Shown: piece after piece, positions 1 to 11,931 of the stretch | How the letters are laid out: every line of letters starts with the position of its first letter | Numbering within the stretch: position 1 is the stretch's first letter | NCBI GenBank assembly: GCA_012295275.1 | Contig: CM022669.1 | Coordinates: forward strand, 2,728,001 to 2,792,000 | DNA: 64,000 nt | Reading direction: 5' to 3' | DNA from: Chrysomallon squamiferum | Lineage: Eukaryota; Animalia; Mollusca | Notes under the pieces: generated by a model | The model's database searches: none | What the model saw: the letters and a program-made list of their open reading frames with translations, nothing else | What the model was told of the DNA's origin: nothing | Translations under genes and position numbers: made by a program

Positions 1-19
1 CTTGGGCTAAAAAAAAAAA

Positions 20-780
20 AGGTGGAAGAAAAGATTACAGGCATAGATTTAAGAAAAGAAATAATGAAGAAAGATGTTTATAAAAAAGAATGCAAAATTA
101 TTATAAATGTTACCTGCACACAAAGAAGATGAAGTCACTGAAGAAAAACTGAAAGCAATGAAAATTGAAATTTTAACACCAGTTTACAGGAAATTTTATA
201 AACGAACAAGATATGTCAGAACAAAAGTTCCACCTGAAATAAAAATTTTATCATCCTCAACGAAGTTCAGGACATTTGAAGGAACTGAATATTTTCTTGT
301 TTTATACGACAATCAAATCAAAGTATGTTACAACTGTATGGCTGACAATCATTTACTGAAGGACTGGCCAAATGTAACATTGTAAAGAAAAAGGACATTT
401 TGCAAGAAACTGCCCTAAAATGTTTCTTTGTGAAAAGTGTGGGAAGAAAGAAGATGAATGTGAATGTTGGACTGAGTACGACAGCGATGACCAGAAAAAC
501 AGCGACAGTGACAGTGATGCTATGGATAATGCAAAACCAAAGAAGAAAAAAGAAAGTGAAGCAAAAAGTATCCACAAGATAAATACAACATAAATCAAAA
601 ATAATAAGGAAAAACAAAAATCGCAAACTGGAGAAAAAACAGAAGAAAAAAACGATGAAAACACAACAGTACAAAAATATTAACAATGACGCCGACACCA
701 TCGCAGCAGAAAATAGTCAGAAGAGAAATGCGGCGCTTTGAACGAGATCAGTGAAGCGTCCAACAGAAGAAAACTTTGGA
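20..780 (+). mobile_element. Degenerate ORF1 (gag-like, CCHC zinc knuckles) of a Tx1/L1-clade non-LTR retrotransposon
   Basis: ORF 107-385 ends in CYNCMADNHLLKDW; a shifted frame from ~378 reads HCKEKGHFARNCPKMFLCEKCGKKEDECECW (tandem knuckles), followed by a K/E-rich tail. Boundaries approximate. Confidence 0.75.
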
Positions 781-1401
781 GCTTGTAGAAAATAGTGATA
801 TTTCAGTTTCGTCGTAAAAGTCATTAAATTTTTAACAAAAGTATGTTCCCTGATGATTCTTTTGCTCCTCGATGAGAAACGTTGATAAAAATATATTAGT
901 TTTCAGCTTACTTCCATTTACTTTACTTGTATAAAGACGGAAATGTTTATTTAGCAAAAGAATTGAATAGTGGCAATGGAAATATTTTATTATACATCAG
1001 TATGAAATAGTTATAAATTCAGACACGTGTACATCTTTGAAACTGGGCATATTGGTCGAGATACTTTATGTTTAAAAGACAGTAAATTAATAAAAAAAAC
1101 AATTATTTTGTTGTTGTTTTTTCTTCAGACGATGGAACAAATATACAGTAATGAAAACACTCAGCTTATAATATCTACCTACCTATTTACCAGTCTCAGC
1201 CTCACGGACCTTAGCGTACTCATAGTTCCTGCAATCTCGTCTCTTGATGAGGAAATCCACGAATGGAACATAACTATAAATATGCCCCCCCCCCAAAGAA
1301 TAAAAATGTATAAATTAAAAAACTACGCCGTTGCTATCTTAAACCATTGATTTAGTTTCTGATTGTTGCCGATACTGCTGTAAATGATACACAATGAGTT
1401 A

Positions 1402-1426
1402 TGATGTGTGGCCGACTGGTTAAGGC
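1402..1426 (+). pseudogene. Truncated tRNA-Ser-like 5' fragment (A box/D arm only)
   Basis: GTGGCCGACTGGTTAAGGC matches the 5' part of the tRNA at 5251 (GTGGCCGAGCGGTTAAGGC), then breaks off into a transposon end. Confidence 0.55.
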
Positions 1427-1570
1427 AGTGGTTCTCAAACTTTTTGAAGTCGGTGCACACTTGAAATCTTACAAAAAATAGCGGGCACACTACACACAAA
1501 ATGCTAAGAAATGTAATTCAAAATGTAATAAAATACAGAAATAACTGAAAGAAGGGTATATACCCTTATT
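1426..1570 (+). mobile_element. hAT-type DNA transposon end (fragment)
   Basis: CAGTGGTTCTCAAACTTTT is a typical hAT/Charlie terminal sequence; no partner end found. Confidence 0.5.
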
Positions 1571-1589
1571 CATCATCTATTTTGAGCTG

Positions 1590-4200
1590 ATGAGAAGTAT
1601 GAGCCTGACGTGGATAATGATAAATTCAATTCAATTTTTGCGATTACTAAAATTAAACATGCTAATAATATTTTTTTTCAGTAAACATTTAGGGATAATA
1701 ACTTCATTGAGAGATATAAGCATTTATGGGAAGGAAATAAATTTTATAATAATTGTCCAAATAAAAAACAAGAGGTAAAGCAATACTGATATCCAAAAAA
1801 TGTCATGTAGATATAAGTTTACTTTTAATAGATGCAACACTGAAGGCAAGATTTTAAAAATCAATACTAAAATAGATGACGATGAATATAGTTTTATATG
1901 GATGTTAATGGCAGGAGAATTAAGGAAATTTTAGATCCTAAATTACATTTAGGCATTAGTAATAAAACTTTCAGTGTTTATAATTATATATTTGGCGATA
2001 TAAAAAATCCATATAAGAGACACTTTACTAGATCTTAAATAGTTAAAGAAGTTATAAAACAGGCAGGAATTGATTTATTTTTATTTTCTAGAAATGTAAT
2101 ACAGTTTGTAAGTATAGCCTATACATCTGTTAGTTATCACAGTTTTTTGTAGCTTAAAACACATTTTTCTCGTATAGAAAGAGGCAAAGGTATTTGGATC
2201 TTTAATAATGAATTATTGTAAGATTAACTTTTTTTTTTGTAAAGCTATTTTTGATGTAATTAATAATGCTTCTGAGTGTCCTTTGTTACAGACTGAACCT
2301 ACTGTTTTGTGGGATAACTTAAAATATAAGATGAAAAAATGTGCAAGATATTTTGTAATACATAAGAGAAGACAACGAGAAATATGATATCTAAAATACT
2401 TTAAAACGAGAATATGGTAAACTACCTGTAAATAAGCATCATGATTTGAGTAACATACAAATTTTTGAAAAAGCGTTATAATTAATTGAGAGATCTAAGT
2501 GTAATGGTGCTATTTTAAGATCTAAAGCTCTGTGGAATGTAGATATGAATAGAAGTACGTCGTTTTTTTCTCAGTTTAGAAACAAACAAAACAGGAATTA
2601 AATTCTATTAAAGAACTATGAACAGTAAATGGATTAACCAGAAAAACGGAAGATTATATTAGAGTATGCTTATGAATTTTATTCAAAATTATACACACAA
2701 GAAAACACTGATGTTACCAAATAATATAAAGGATTCTGAAAGTGAAATCTGTGAAATAGACATTAGAATTAAAGAATTAATGGATGCTTTAAAAGAAATG
2801 AACAGAAATAATGGTCTAACTGTTGAATTTTAATGTTACATTCGGGGAAAATCTTAAACATTTTGTTACATAAAGTAGTTATGTTAATTCAAAAAGAGGA
2901 AATGTTGTCACGTAGTATGACAAAAGGGATAATTAGTCTTATTTGCAAGAAAAAAAGAAATAAAGCAGACCTGTGTAAAAGGAATAGATATTGCTGATAA
3001 TATTAGGTCAGTGAGGGAATGTTGCAGATATTGTTGAGTTAAATAATATTGAAGGGTATATTGTTAGAAGTGATTAAGAAAAATCGTTCGATAGAATGTC
3101 ACTTAGATTTATATTAAAAGTTTTGTCAAAAATTCAATTTCGGTGATAAATTTATAACGTGGATTAAAATATTCTATAATGATATAAAAAGTTGTGTCAA
3201 GATTGTCGGACATTTAATACCTTTCTTAAATATTAGACAAGTATGTCCGATTTCAGTGATGATTTGTGTTATTGTAGCTGAACCCTTAAATAATTTAATT
3301 ACGAACAGACATAGTTTGAATGGAATTAGAATAACAAACGAATTAAATTTGTTATTATTTCAGCATACTGATGATATTACTGTAACAGTGATGCTCAGTC
3401 TGTTGAATCCGTTTTCAATACTAGAAATATGTACTGTCGTGCTACTGGAGCAAAGCTGATAAATCAGAAGTACTTTGTCTTGGTAAGACAATAAAAGAAA
3501 AATTTATCCTTAAATATATTGTAAATTTATTTGGGATGGGAAAACAACTTTAATGAAGTATTCAACAATTATTGGAATTAAAAAGTCGGGTGGGCTAAAT
3601 GCTGAAGATGTTTCGTTAAAGAAAATGGCTTTTCGTAAATAAATATTAAAGAAATATTTTGATATTGATTTTAAAATTGTTTGGAAAGACACAATGTCGG
3701 TATTTCTTGGTAAGTATATAAACATTAATCTAAATTATGACATTTTTAAAGATTATTTGCAATAAAGATGCCTTATAAGTTATCAACCCTTTTTATGCTG
3801 AGATGTTATCAGCTTGGGACTATGTTACTAATGGAGAACGTATTTTCCCACTTGATAACGAAGAAACATTGTCTCAGCTACTTTTTGGGAATCAGTTCAT
3901 TAAATATAAAAACAAATTATTACTGTTTAATTCATTTATCCAAAGTGGAATAGTACAAGTGGCTGATAGTGCTGTTATTGAAGTCATTTCAGGTTTTCTC
4001 CCGTTTTCTGCTATTGGTAAAATTATTCATGAAAATATCCAGATATACCCAAAACACAAATATCTATAGCTTACAGTGTTATTTTGAAATCACTTCCAGA
4101 TGTACTAATAGAAATGCTCAACGATCATCACATATTAAAGATTTATTTCTGTTTTATAATGACAAATGCCAGTACATTTATTGTTAAATTAATTTATTCT
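1590..4200 (+). mobile_element. Decayed ORF2 (AP endonuclease + reverse transcriptase) of a Tx1/L1-clade element
   Basis: Fragmentary frames: LWEGNKFYNN..RGKAIL (endonuclease), RGKGIWIFNNELL, EKSFDRMS (~3080), RQVCPISVMICVIVAEPL (~3235-3290), LFQHTDDIT (degenerate YADD, ~3355-3380), IWDGKT..KSGGL. Many stops and frameshifts. Confidence 0.85.
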
Positions 4201-4329
4201 TATCTCACTTTCTAACAAATATTTGAAAATCTTAACTGGAAAAGAACAATAGTTAATTTATGGAAACAAAGAAAACTGACATGAAATGGAAAAGCTACAG
4301 ATTGGAATATTTTAAGTACGAATCTGTGG

Positions 4330-4740
4330 TGTATGTTTAGTGCAACTAATAAACCACAGTTTGGTGAAAAAGAAATTCAGAAATGTTTTAATAAGTTTAT
4401 GTGGGAAAACAAACCTGTTTTAATTCAGTCTTCTACTATGATTAGAAAAAAAAATCAGGAGGTTTAAATATTCAAGATGTTCGACTTAAAAAGACTGCTT
4501 TCCGAATTAAATAATTAAGAAAGTAATTATATAGTGAATTTAAATCAGTGTGGAAATTTACAATAAAAGAATATCTTAAAAATATATGAATACGAATTTA
4601 TCATAGTCATTATTTTCAATGTTATATGATAAATCTCCTTAACAAAGAATAAATCCTTTTTATTCAGAATCAATACCCGCATGGGATATAGTTTCCAATC
4701 AAGACAGGGTTTACTCAAATAGTAACACAACTGTTACTTC
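4330..4740 (+). mobile_element. Second, divergent Tx1-clade ORF2 fragment (post-RT region)
   Basis: FNKFMWENKP..GGLNIQDVRLKKTAFRIK repeats the same domain seen at ~3520-3650 with a different sequence. Confidence 0.65.
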
Positions 4741-5250
4741 ACAATTCTTTTATCAAACATGACAGTGAAATGTCAATTAATGAAATTGTTGACTGACTGT
4801 GGAATAACAACTACCGCTGATATTACATAGGGATTTATTACAGGAGTCCTCAATATAGCAGCAATAGCTGAAATAAGTGACATAGTTCAAGAGACATTTT
4901 CTGACTTACCTTTTACACAGATCTTATAAATTAATATTAAATTCACTTCCTCACTAATGGGTCACCGCAATCAAAACAGAAGTTAAAGTATTGTAAAGCT
5001 AAAAAAAAATTCTAAAGAACAAGACAGAATTCATTAATGTGAAAATATTTACTGTAAATTTAACCAATACAGTTTTAATTTCCAAGTTATCTCAAATTCC
5101 AGGAGATATTCTGGCAAGACCAAAATATTCTGTATATCTAGTATTAACTTTTGGAAAAAAATTACATTACATAGATAAAACATCAGAAATGATAGATGAT
5201 GATTTTAACATATCTCAGACCATTTTTCTCAATACAACAGACGTTCTTAT

Positions 5251-5332
5251 GTCGTCGTGGCCGAGCGGTTAAGGCGATGGACTAGAAATCCATTGGGGTC
5301 TCCCCGCACAGGTTCGAATCCTGTCGGCGACG
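5251..5332 (+). tRNA. tRNA-Ser (anticodon AGA), intact
   Basis: 82 nt; acceptor stem GTCGTCG/CGGCGAC fully paired, anticodon arm ATGGA-CTAGAAA-TCCAT, long variable arm GGGG-TCT-CCCC, T arm with GGTTCGAATCC, discriminator G. Confidence 0.95.
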
Positions 5333-5607
5333 GATATGTTTATTGGTTTCCGTGTTTGAAAAGAAAAATAAACCCATTCATTTAGTTACTGTTTAAATAT
5401 TGCACATTGTCATATTTAGAAAACATCCCAACGGAATATGTTATACTTTCTTTCGTTATAATTTTATTTCTTTATTTCTTCATTACAGAAGGTGGGAAGT
5501 AGTTGTGATGTTAATGATAGAATCTTTACGCAATTAGAATCTGCGAAATAAATTTGGAAACAATATTTTTGATAACTTATTTTATGCAAAAAAGAACAAA
5601 CTGCTTA

Positions 5608-6038
5608 GGGGTCATTCCGTGTCAAATCACCCAATGAGTTAAACCCGACCATCTCAGATTTTTATAAAACAATATGCGTCGCCGACAGGATTCGAACCTG
5701 TGCGGGGAAACCCCAAGGGATTTCTAGTCCATCGCCTTAACCACTCGGCCACGTCAGCATAAGAACGTTTGTTGTATTGAGAAAGTGATTTGAGATATTT
5801 TAAAATCATCCTCTCTCATTTCTGATGTTTTATCTATTTAATGTAATTTTTTTCCAAAAGTTAATACTAGATATACAGAATATTTTGGTCTTGCCAGAAT
5901 ATCTCCTGGAATTTGAGATAACTTGAAAATCAAAATTGTATAGGTTAAATTTACAGTAAATAGTTTAATAAAAATCTGAGACGGTCGGGTTTAAAATGTA
6001 TTTTTTTTTTTTTTGGTGATATGACACGGTATGACCCA
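5608..6038. mobile_element. Non-autonomous TIR element (MITE-like) enclosing a tRNA-Ser copy
   Basis: Left GGGGTCATTCCGTGTCAAATCACCCAA..AAACCCGACCATCTCAGATTTTTAT pairs with right ATAAAAATCTGAGACGGTCGGGTTT..TTGGTGATATGACACGGTATGACCCA; TA on both outer sides. Confidence 0.8.
5677..5758 (-). pseudogene. tRNA-Ser(AGA) copy, probably defective
   Basis: Reverse complement is a full-length tRNA-Ser, but the acceptor stem GCTGACG/CGGCGAC has two mismatches and the anticodon stem has TCCCT instead of TCCAT. Confidence 0.85.
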
Positions 6039-6118
6039 TAGGTAAATAATTTAAAAAAAAAATGATTCTATAATCAGATAAAAAATTAAAATATTAATAA
6101 TAATACAATAAAATGTAA

Positions 6119-6163
<45 letters not shown>

Positions 6164-6166
<3 letters not shown>

Positions 6167-6699
6167 TACAGTCAATATGTCAAACTAGTCATTTGGCCTA
6201 ACGTCTGAAATGTTTAGGCATTTGGCGTTTGGCCTAATGACTAAAATTTCCAGGAATTAGGCCAAATGACTGGGTTTTGGGTGGTGCTGTTTGACATTCT
6301 GCCTGATAGCAATTCAGGCAATGAGTCAAATGGGTGTAATGCTTTGTTTACATCTTTCATTGTAGGGATTAGTCATTCATTTCAATTCTTTATTATCGTT
6401 ATCTTTATAGCTTATTGATATTCAATGTCAATAATAATAAATGCAAGAAGTACAAATAATGACAGTATGATTAAAAAAGAAAAAACATATGGAGAATACA
6501 AATAATATAGCACATAAATTATAAGCAAACATGTTATACATTGAAATGATTTAAACAAATATTTCCCCAAGTTACACCTTTGTTAAGTGTCTTTTATAAA
6601 TCATTGCTTTAGCTTTAACTAAATAAAACAGAACTGATACACCATCTGTAATGTATTTATCTTGCTTGGTCATATATTCTTTGCTTAATTATGCGTAAA

Positions 6700-6730
<31 letters not shown>

Positions 6731-8589
6731 TTTTTCATGAATCGGGTCCTGCTCTGTCCATACGTATCCCAATTCATAAAAGGTTTTCCTAATAAAAATT
6801 ATTTTTTCTGTATCATAAAATACAATTTTTACAAGTGAATTATCTCAGTAATATATACTTTTTGAAAACCCCGTATCTCACTACCATAAAACACTATTTA
6901 CATATGTATCAAACGCTGATATCAGAAAAAATGTAATTTAAAGATATATTATTTATACTTTTCTTCAGTGACTATGTTTCCTTATTGTTGTGTTATTCTT
7001 ACATCAAAGACCAGTTAAATGGTAGGAATTAGTGGTAGTGTTATTGTTACATCAAAGACCAATGATTTTAATACCAGCAGTCTATAGATTACCTATTCTG
7101 ATTTCAAGGACATGTTTAATCCTTAAAAAACACATCTCATTAGTGTTGGGCACTGGCTTCATTGGTAATTGTTGATAGGTGATATAAAATACAGTAGCTC
7201 CTGATCATATTCAGATCACTTATGTGTTCGTGTAGAAGATCGATTTCAAAGAGAACTATTTAAGAAGTATAAAGCTTGCAAGAGGTTGTACATTCCAAAG
7301 GAAGAGTACTTCTTGATTATGGACCACGAGTACTACCTCATGTTCAAGTTTGAAATTTTCAGTTTGGAGAGGTGCAGAAACTGACCAAGAAGTGCCAAAC
7401 AGATGAAGACACACCTCTGTACTGTTTCCATTGAAGACACCGTTGACGTCATCAAGCGCGAACACGGTGGACCATTCCGCAAAGTTCTGTATTCCCAGGC
7501 CTCTTACTTCGAATCGTGAAAACGGATCCAAGTTTACAGATGCTGTTGTGAAGGAACTGATGGAAATGTGGACCGGTTTGGTTACTGTGCACTGTAAACC
7601 AAGACACCCTCAAAGCCAGGGCTCTACAGAGCGGGCAAACTCAGACATTAAAGACGTGTTAGTAGCCTGGATGAGCGAGAACGACACAAGGGACTGGAGT
7701 GTAGGCATCAGGTTTGTTCAGTTCAGGAAGAACTCAAATAGAATGCTGGTATCAAGCAGTCACCGTATTCAGCTCTTTGGGATGGAGGCGTGTGTTGAAC
7801 TGACATCATCTTCCTAATCTCATGAAGCCCTTGGCAAACTCCAGTCAGAAGACGACCTTCGTGCACTGCTATCAGATAAATCCCAATTATTTATGAATTT
7901 AATGCAAATATTACAGTATGTTATCTCGCCCGAGATGCTTAATTTCAGCAAGCCAAGCCAAGTAAACGCAGTTGTATAATGTTGACAGCTGGAGAAGGAG
8001 ACAACGTGGCAGTGCCTGTTCCAGCCATGGACAGGGGCTGTGGTGACCGCAGAAACCTGATGGCAGTGACTGTTGATGACAATGGACAATATACCACAGC
8101 ATGTCCGTCCGCAATTCTGAATCGCAAATATTACAGGAACCAGTTTGATGTGCGTCCCCAGAGACTGCTATTGTTGGATGACGTGACGAGCGAACGCACA
8201 ATGTCTCTTAGAGCAGCAGTGTCAAAGGAATCATCTACAGGGGTTTGTAAAATGCAACTGTGGGGAGACAAATAGGTGTCAAACAAAACGTTGTAAATGT
8301 TTCAAGAACAATTTTTAGTGCAGTTCAAGATATCACTGAAGTTTTAACTGCAATAATAAACAGAAAACTACTTGATGTGTTTCGAAATAAATGTGTTCAT
8401 GCTCTTGCAAGTCATTTTTTTTTCATTCAGTTATTCTTGCCTAATGACTAGAGGTCTATTTCAGGCGTTTGGCCTATCCTGTAAGTTTTAGTCTTTAGGC
8501 TAAACGCCTGACGGTATTGGGCGTTAGGTTAAATGCCTAAACATTTCAGGCATTAGGCAAATGACTAGTTTGTCATATTGACTGTAATA
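6164..8589 (+). mobile_element. Ginger2/TDD-like DNA transposon with decayed KRBA2/SCAND3-type DDE integrase
   Basis: TIRs TGTTACAGTCAATATGTCAAACTAGTCATTTG.. / ..CAAATGACTAGTTTGTCATATTGACTGTAATA; internal frames KPRHPQSQGSTERANSDIKDVLVAWM..DWSVGIRFVQF, GDNVAVPVPAMDRG and a C-terminal Cys cluster (KCNCG..RCQTKRCKCFK). Confidence 0.85.
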
Positions 8590-9984
8590 TTTTAATTAAA
8601 GTTTATTCGCTCCTGATTCAGAGAGGCACTTGTCAACACACTCTGCTCCTCGATGACGACGCTAATAGAAATAATAAAACAATAAAATGTAAAGCTTTAA
8701 CCTTTGTTGCCGGGTGCACAAAGCACCCCCCCACAGAAACTACACATTTTTGATCTAGATTATATCTTTAATTTCTGTGCTTGATTTGTAAAACATGATA
8801 GACAATATAAATGATAATATAGTAGTTATACTGCAGAGAATTGGACCAAATGTCTTTCTCCATTGCCAGATATTCTCTTCTTTCTTGAACTCCATTTCAC
8901 CGAAGTGACACAGATAACATCTCACACTCCTGACCAATACTGGCAGACCATTACTGTCCTGGGATCCTTAAGATAGCACCAGTGGCAGTACTTACCGAAT
9001 ATTAATGTCCCACTTGTCTTGGAGGAATTTCCTAAGTAATTTATGTTTAAACAAGGAGAATCAAACCTCAGACACGTTAATGGTGTTTATGTATTTTTAG
9101 ATTATGCTTGATGCTTTTAGTTCAGAGTTACTCACACTTAATTAAAGCTTATTCGCTCCTGAATCAGAGAGGCACTTGCAAACCCATTCTGCTCCTCGAT
9201 AATTTTCAGTTTATGTCCATTTACTTTACCGATACATTTTTGCAGCAGAGCAATACAGTAAATGGAATATTTTATTATACATAAATATTTATATTTGTAC
9301 ACCTGTGAAACTGAGCATATTGAGTTATTTTAAATTTAACAGAGAACGTTTTTTTTTTCGGATCGTAAACACTCAGCTTAGAGCATCACATCTCTTTTCA
9401 TACCAACCTCAGACTCACAGTCCTTAGCGTACCCCTAGTTCCTACAACCCAATCCCATCACTTGATGAGGAAATCCACATGATGGTTGCTGAAATTTCTC
9501 CGAAAGCTTTATTCTATTGAGTTTTAAATATGGCGGACGTATGTTTTCCGGATTTCTGGAAAAATCTCAAAATTGAACTTACTAACATTCCCCACTTGAA
9601 ACCTTAGCTTTAGGTATTATTACGCTATTCCGAGTCCCACTATACGATCAAGGCCTACCCTCTCTCAACAAGGTAAATTTTACATTTCCACCCATAGCCA
9701 CACTAACCTAATAAACTTCACCCTCAACCATTCTCATCTAACAAACGTCATCCAACCAAGCCTAAATTTTTCTTATATATAACTGTTGACGTTTGCTTAC
9801 ATTGTTTTTAAAGACTGTATAGTTCTTACAGTATTCTGTTACTTACTATTTAGATTTTACTGTTATGTGTGCTAAAGTTTAACATTTTGGTAAATATTTG
9901 GATTTCACAGAATTTTACATTTTCCGGAACAGTTCTCCCCCGGTAAAGCCGAACCACTTTTTATCAATCAGTAGATCCTCACAG

Positions 9985-10012
9985 GTCCTTGTGGCTGAGT
10001 GGTTAAGGCGAC
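9985..10012 (+). pseudogene. Truncated tRNA-Ser-like 5' fragment
   Basis: GTCCTTGTGGCTGAGTGGTTAAGGCGAC: seven-base acceptor strand plus A box, then homology stops. Confidence 0.6.
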
Positions 10013-10282
10013 AGAATAAATTCATATTGCTTACAATGTTATTCGAAATCACTTCCAGATGAATGGAAAAATTGTATTAACAGAAATGCTAAAAAATTAA
10101 CACCTAATTAAGATTTATTTCTGTTTCATAATAATGAAATGATAAATGTCAATACATTTACAGTTAAAATAATTTATTTTATTTTAATTTTAAAAAATGT
10201 TAAATCACCTTCTTGTGAAGAAAAATGGACTGAGCTTGGTTTTGATATATTCTGGAGACCAGTTTGGAAATGGATACACCAC
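10013..10282 (+). mobile_element. 5'-truncated Tx1-clade ORF2 3' fragment
   Basis: GCTTACAATGTTATTCGAAATCACTTCCAGATG and downstream sequence match 4069-4200; continues as SPSCEEKWTELGFDIFWRPVWKWIH. Confidence 0.7.
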
Positions 10283-11220
10283 AGGGTTCCACCCCATTAG
10301 TCAGAACCCCACTTGTCAGACACCCAGATAATCTCTAACCCATTACCTATGGGAATAATGGGCACAGCCCAACAAAAATAAGTCCTCATAACAACGCATA
10401 ATTTAATAATTTACACTGTCTAAAGCACAGCACTGTAAGTTCGCATAACAGAATTTACAGTTAAATAGAGTTAAAATAAGTTAATACAATCTAGAGCAAA
10501 GCACTATAAGTTTGTGAGGGTGGTGAATATAGTCCACATTTCATTGTCAACAGTTCAGTCCAGCCCACCTTAACCAGTTTCGCCACTGTGTCCATGAACT
10601 TAAGACGGGTCTTGGCTGCTTGGGCAAGCTTGTCCTTGAGGCGGCTGAAGTGATTGTCGATCTCCCTGTAGACTCGCTTGCGGGATGGAGCAGTGCCACC
10701 GAAGTTGAGCTGAGCAAGGTTTGCTTCTCTGCCTTCTCAATCTTCTTGAGAATGTTCACCAGGCAGTATACGTTCGAGTGGCAATAATACAGTGACCTAT
10801 TGTGGAACCCTTCTAGGTTGTTGGGATTCAGATGTCTGTACAGGGCACTGTTGACGGTAGAGAATGAAGGCAAGGCTCCAACTGTCGGAGTCTTGTCTCA
10901 GGACTGTATCGGTGTAGACGACAGTTTTGATGTGGTAGTTCCTCACGGGCTTGTGTCCGTAGTGTCTTGACGAACCTGATGCCAGTGGCGTCTGCAGGAG
11001 GGTGGGTGTGGTCAGTGAAGCTAATATGCTTCCCTACCGTTGTACATCTTCTGGTACATGCTTATTGATACATCTCCAATAGATACCATTTGGGTGAACC
11101 TTAATTTTATTGGTGATATCCCTGAAACAGTATCTGGTGCATTGCTCTCTGGGAAGTGACATACTCAACTTGCTGCAGTCCAGCCATAGTGATAGTACTG
11201 ACACTTTGCCATACAATGAT
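10283..11220 (-). mobile_element. Internally deleted FLYWCH/MULE (Mutator-like) transposon
   Basis: Minus frames: IYWRC and HTHPP (FLYWCH-like), PSFSTVNSALYRH fused directly to NNLEGFHN..HSNVYCLVNILKKIE (MULE C-terminal motif); the catalytic core is missing. Confidence 0.65.
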
Positions 11221-11569
11221 ATATCTATCTAAATATATATATATATATATATATATATCAGCCGTTAGTATTAATGGTAGTATATAACTGCCTGTATTGT
11301 TTTCAGTTTTAATGTTTTAATGTATCTTAAAATGTTACATTTGTAAAAACATTTAAAGAACAACTAGTCATTTTCAATCTTTATTTCTCAAGTACATCAA
11401 ACAATAAAAACATTATCCAGCACCTTTACTGTATTGCTTTTCTTTCTGTTTTCAATTTTATTTTTATCTTTAATAGCTTAACATTAAGTAAGAGACTGAA
11501 CCAGAAATTGTCAGTACAAATGCTGCTGTAATGAAGTGATTCAACTAATACTCGGATCAAATGAGAAAT

Positions 11570-11900
11570 TTATAAAGTGGATTCTGTTTTTAATGGCCAC
11601 TGGATAACACAGTTTGTCCCTTCTACTTCCACGAAGTCGTATGTCCATCGTCTGTAACAGCGACATTCAGAACCACACTTCTCAGAGCCACACTTTGGAC
11701 AGGGAAAATGGCAGCCAGGACATTTGATGTCCAAACAGTCACAGAGATCCTGACTGTTTTCCAGCAGTTTTCCTGTGCTGTCATACAGTTGATTAGCTCT
11801 TACTCTACAGATATAAAAAAAAACACTTTGTGAATAGTAAAAAGATAATAATTTCTATTTATTATTGACAAACTATTATTTCACTAACATCAAAAAAAAA

Positions 11901-11931
<31 letters not shown>

